Shown: positions 61,445 through 64,000 of the stretch, one piece after another | How the letters are laid out: each line of letters starts with the position of its first letter | Position numbering within the stretch: the first letter of the stretch is position 1 | Assembly (NCBI GenBank): GCA_965243165.1 | Contig: OZ251535.1 | Coordinates: forward strand, 2,810,797 to 2,874,796 | DNA: 64,000 nucleotides | Direction of reading: 5' to 3' | Origin: Candidatus Spongiisociaceae bacterium | Lineage (GTDB): Bacteria; Actinomycetota; Acidimicrobiia; Spongiisociales; Spongiisociaceae | Made by a program: the position numbers and the translations under genes | The notes under the pieces: generated by a model | Databases searched by the model: none | Seen by the model: the letters and a program-made list of their open reading frames with translations, nothing else | Told to the model about the DNA's origin: nothing

Positions 61445-62698
61445 ATGCCAAACCTCACGTTCGACAAGCTACGGGCCTCGACAGCCGGGGAGGCGGTGGC
61501 CCTGCGGATGAGACAAACGCTCAGCCCTGCGGGAGGGCCGGGGGACAAGGTGTTCCCCCCCACTTACTTGTTGGGAGACAGATCCGTATATGCAACGGAG
61601 GAGCGCCAGCTCGGCGACCGGGTCTCGGAGACGGTGGTTCTCTTGGACTCGGTTGCCTCGCAGGCCAACCGCGCCGAGCTGGCCCTGTTGGAAGGCTGGG
61701 AACGAGGTGAGCTCAGATTCCCGGTGCCCTTGGTCGATTTCACAAACGAAGAGGTGGACGACGAGGTGGCGGACATCGGCAAGCTGACCGTCCTCGAGGC
61801 GCCCCACCGGCTGGCCGACGCCATCTTCCGAGACAGCCTGCTCGACGGCACCCTCTTCCGGCTGTCTGATATGGGGAGGGCCATCACCGACGCCCAGCCC
61901 CGCAATGCCACCGCCCTCTTCCGCAACTCCCCCACCGGCCTATTATTCGGGATGTGGGACTCCACCGGTCCCAAGGGGGGTCTCGGCTCTAAGTTCCAGC
62001 GCGCCTACGTCAGCGAAATCATCGGCCTAGACGCCAAGATCGGAAAGAAGGTGAGCAGCCGGCTCGACCCTCTCCAGACCGCGAAGCTCGCGACCGGAGA
62101 TAAGGTTTTCAACCACCAGGACCCCGACCAAGTGTGGACATGCGACGAAGACGAAGCCGAACAAGACAAGAAGGGCAAACCCGTTCTGGCATCCCGCGGC
62201 GCGGCTACCGGAGAGGCAGGACAGCCAGCGAAGATCAACCACGGCAACGTTGCCCCCTCTATCGACACCGACACTGGCGGGGTGACCATCTCCCAAGCCG
62301 TCCAGACCACCGTGATCTCGTTGGCGGCGTTGCGCCGCCTGCGGTTCCCCGGCCACAGCCGTGAAGCCGAGACCGCAGCCCGCACCGCGGTGGCGGCGCT
62401 CGGCGTCGCAGCGGTCGCCTACCAACACGAGATGGACTACGACCTCCGCTCCCGCTGCCTTCTCCTCCCCGATCACCCGCCGCGCCTCGAGTTGCTGGGG
62501 CGGAACGGCTCACCTGCCGAAACAGTCGACATCGCCCGGTCTGCCGCCGCCGACCTGCTGGATCAGGCCGCAACCCTTGCGGAAGAGTTGGGAATAGGGT
62601 GGGAGACGAAGGAGATAGGCCTGATCCCCGCTCCTAAGTTGGTCGAGCTGATAAAGCGCAGCCGCATGGTATCCGCCGCCATGCAGCCAACGGGATAA
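61445..62698 (+). CDS. csb1: Type I-G (I-U) CRISPR RAMP Csb1/Cas7
   Basis: KVFPPTY, LDSVASQANRAE, APHRLADA, LLFGMWDS, INHGNVAP, LRSRCLL. Confidence 0.92.
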   Translation: MPNLTFDKLRASTAGEAVALRMRQTLSPAGGPGDKVFPPTYLLGDRSVYATEERQLGDRVSETVVLLDSVASQANRAELALLEGWERGELRFPVPLVDFTNEEVDDEVADIGKLTVLEAPHRLADAIFRDSLLDGTLFRLSDMGRAITDAQPRNATALFRNSPTGLLFGMWDSTGPKGGLGSKFQRAYVSEIIGLDAKIGKKVSSRLDPLQTAKLATGDKVFNHQDPDQVWTCDEDEAEQDKKGKPVLASRGAATGEAGQPAKINHGNVAPSIDTDTGGVTISQAVQTTVISLAALRRLRFPGHSREAETAARTAVAALGVAAVAYQHEMDYDLRSRCLLLPDHPPRLELLGRNGSPAETVDIARSAAADLLDQAATLAEELGIGWETKEIGLIPAPKLVELIKRSRMVSAAMQPTG

Positions 62699-62700
62699 CC

Positions 62701-64000
62701 ATGTTCGCTATCGAGGTGAATTTCCTCACCGGCCGGTTCACGGCCGCGGCCCATCACGACCGCGCACAGCCCGAGTGGCCTCCCCACCCGGCGCGCCTGT
62801 TCTCGGCTTTGGTGGCTGTCTGGGCCGATGTCCACCCGAACGACCCCGACGATCCGCTCGACCAAGCGGAAAAACAAGCGATCGAGTGGCTGGAATCCCA
62901 GCCGTCCCCTTCCATCTGCGCATCAGACTCTTCCCCCCGCCGGGCCGTGAAGCACTTCGTCCCGGTGAACGACGCACGGGTCCCCAAGGGTGATCCGCAA
63001 CGGAATGCCGCGGTCGACATAATGCCGCCGGGATGGGTCACCGCCCCTGGCCAGGTGAGAACCGGCCAGGCGCGGATATTCCCGTCGGTTACCCCCGACG
63101 AGCCGAGGGTCACCTACCTGTGGGAAACCAGCCCCGCCGACGGCGTCGCCCGAACCATCGACGGCTTGTGCACCCGGCTCACCAGGCTGGGTCATTCCTC
63201 TTCCCTGGTTTCCTGCCGGGTGGTCCAGGACTTTCCGGCGGCCAACCACATACCCGGCGACGGCGGCGAAGTCATGCGGTCGGTCAGGTCCGGTCAGCTC
63301 AAGGCCCTGGAGCGGGAGTACGCCAAACACGGGGGCAGCAAGCCGCGCACCTTGCCGTTCACGCCCGTGCGTTACCGGAGAGCCGAACCCGCCTCCGACG
63401 AGGCGGCGGCCCTCGATCCCGCCACCGCCGGCGAGTGGCTGGTGTTCGTCTTCCTGCCCGGCTCACGCGCCTTCCCCTCCACCAGAGCAGTAGACATAGC
63501 AACAGCCCTGAGAGGCGCGCTGCTGCATCACGCCGCCGATCCGGTCCCAGAGGGTCTGTCGGGGCACCGGCGGGAAGGCCGGCCGTCGACCATCCCCCAC
63601 GCAGCCTTTCTTCCGCTGCCCTGGGTGCAGCACGAGCAGGCCGACGGGCGGCTGATGGGCGCCGCCGTCAACATGCCCGACGGCCTCGACGCCGAATCTC
63701 GGCGGGCGCTGCTCCGGGCGGTCGGACGCTGGGAAGCCGGAGCGGGGCAGGACCCGCTCGTCCTCACGCTCGGGCGAAGGGGCCGCCTGAAGATGGAGCG
63801 CATCACCGGGCCGAGCCCTCTGGTCACCCTGAGGCCGGGCCTCTGGCGCCGCAGCTCGCACCGATGGGCGTCGGCCCTCCCCATCGCGCTGCCCGCCCAC
63901 CCCGGCCCTCTCGGCAAAGGAACCCCCGCCGCCCGGGCGAAGGCGTGGGCCAAAGCCGAACAGGCGGTGGCCGCTTCCTGCCGCCACGTCGGACTGCCGG
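62701..64000 (+). CDS. csb2: Type I-G (I-U) CRISPR protein Csb2 (Cas5/Cas6 fusion), truncated by window end
   Basis: MFAIEVNFLTGRF, EWPPHPARLFSALVA, FVPVND, RLGHSSS, PHAAFLPLP. Confidence 0.9.
   Translation, partial: MFAIEVNFLTGRFTAAAHHDRAQPEWPPHPARLFSALVAVWADVHPNDPDDPLDQAEKQAIEWLESQPSPSICASDSSPRRAVKHFVPVNDARVPKGDPQRNAAVDIMPPGWVTAPGQVRTGQARIFPSVTPDEPRVTYLWETSPADGVARTIDGLCTRLTRLGHSSSLVSCRVVQDFPAANHIPGDGGEVMRSVRSGQLKALEREYAKHGGSKPRTLPFTPVRYRRAEPASDEAAALDPATAGEWLVFVFLPGSRAFPSTRAVDIATALRGALLHHAADPVPEGLSGHRREGRPSTIPHAAFLPLPWVQHEQADGRLMGAAVNMPDGLDAESRRALLRAVGRWEAGAGQDPLVLTLGRRGRLKMERITGPSPLVTLRPGLWRRSSHRWASALPIALPAHPGPLGKGTPAARAKAWAKAEQAVAASCRHVGLP

Overview
High-GC actinobacterial chromosome segment; the gene content (F420 LLM enzymes, Rv2466c-like gene next to pepN, MMPL, RCC1 lipoprotein) suggests Acidimicrobiia, which is an inference. 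The backbone is core metabolism: argRGH, ahcY, lgt, pepN, manA, gnd, ppgK, hflX, tRNA-Sec, a sigma-70 factor, hisC-like and E1 dehydrogenase genes. It is interrupted by lower-GC accessory or defence-like inserts: a DUF433/PIN TA pair, three AAA ATPases, a dGTPase pseudogene split by an intact ISL3, and a decayed Phd/VapC pair. The window ends in the start of a type I-G (I-U) CRISPR-Cas operon. The most notable signals are: (1) a DAHP-synthase-fold protein that has lost nearly all catalytic motifs but is fused to an apparently intact chorismate mutase and sits under a Phe/Tyr leader-peptide attenuator; (2) a hidden UxxC selenoprotein with a SECIS-like hairpin, missed by the ORF track; (3) a stand-alone structured RNA of about 285 nt carrying 16 nt of perfect complementarity to the 16S rRNA 3' end and a 14-codon ORF; (4) a reciprocally decayed argH/DUF433 duplication flanking an RCC1-repeat gene. 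Functional calls come from motif recognition by eye; no database search was run.
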